The notes beneath the pieces were generated by a model. The model worked only from the letters and a program-made list of their open reading frames with translations, was not told the origin of the DNA and made no database searches. A stretch of 64,000 nucleotides of DNA. Origin: the human T2T-CHM13v2.0 reference genome, Homo sapiens. The DNA is taken from the NCBI RefSeq assembly GCF_009914755.1, contig NC_060926.1; one strand, written 5' to 3'. The position numbers and the translations under genes are program-made. Of the stretch, positions 63,057-64,000 are shown piece by piece. The stretch's first letter is position 1; the number at the start of each line of letters is the position of its first letter.

Positions 63057-63187
63057 GAAGCTTACAGGTTCGCTATCACCTAAACAAGGAAGAAACCCAT
63101 GTATTCACCATTGATGCAGATAACTTTGCTAACAGAAGGATGCACCACTTGAAGATTAACCGAGAGGGAAGAGAGCTTACCATTCAG
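63057..63187 (+). CDS. CNTNAP5: Internal coding exon of contactin-associated protein-like 5 (laminin G-like domain; probably exon 20)
   Basis: Acceptor ttctaat..tttttctttcaAG|GAAGCTTAC and donor ATTCAG|gtacct; 131 nt, phase 1 to phase 0; open frame (G)SLQVRYHLNKEETHVFTIDADNFANRRMHHLKINREGRELTIQ matches recalled Caspr5 and parallels Caspr2 GSLQIRYNL. The exon number is inferred from Caspr2 structure. Confidence 0.93.
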
Positions 63188-63335
63188 GTACCTTCCTTAC
63201 TTTCTCCTGCTTCAGCCAATGTGCCTTGGCTACTCTATCAAACTTTTCTAAGCTTCTACCCCATGCCAGTGTAGTGCCTAGTGCTGGAAACATAGTTACA
63301 AATCACACTTGCCCCCAGACTTGGAAGAACTAGGA

Positions 63336-63414
63336 TAGTGGTTCTCAAGATGTGCTTCCCATGTCCCACCAGTATCAGCATCACTTGGGACCCTGTTAGA
63401 AATGCAGATTCTTG
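63336..63414 (+). mobile_element. MER5A left part, interrupted by Alus
   Basis: tagtggttctcaag..tgtg...atcagcatcacttggga..tgttagaaatgcagattct. Confidence 0.75.

Positions 63415-64000
<586 letters not shown>

Overview
Primate (very probably human) genomic DNA. About 63 kb is one large, repeat-rich intron. It is followed by one internal 131-nt coding exon (63057-63187, + strand) that reads (G)SLQVRYHLNKEETHVFTIDADNFANRRMHHLKINREGRELTIQ. I recognise this from memory as part of the last laminin-G domain of CNTNAP5 (Caspr5), probably exon 20. The ORF track misses this exon, and its ORFs are Alu/L1-derived or chance. Transposons include about 19 Alus, an internally deleted end-to-end L1PB, a chimeric L1PA, HAL1, MaLR LTRs, a MER4 solo LTR, a two-LTR MER67-type ERV1 provirus, and MER5/MER20/MER97 MITEs. 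The most notable unexplained structures are: a 93-bp, ~95%-identical inverted repeat with arms 1.76 kb apart (13552-13644 / 15407-15499); an AT-rich minisatellite of 29-bp hairpin units; an older ~150-bp direct duplication 1 kb apart; and an older-L1 patch inside a young L1. I see no convincing evidence of a new gene system. Repeat subfamily names come from recalled consensus sequences, and the edges of old repeats are approximate.
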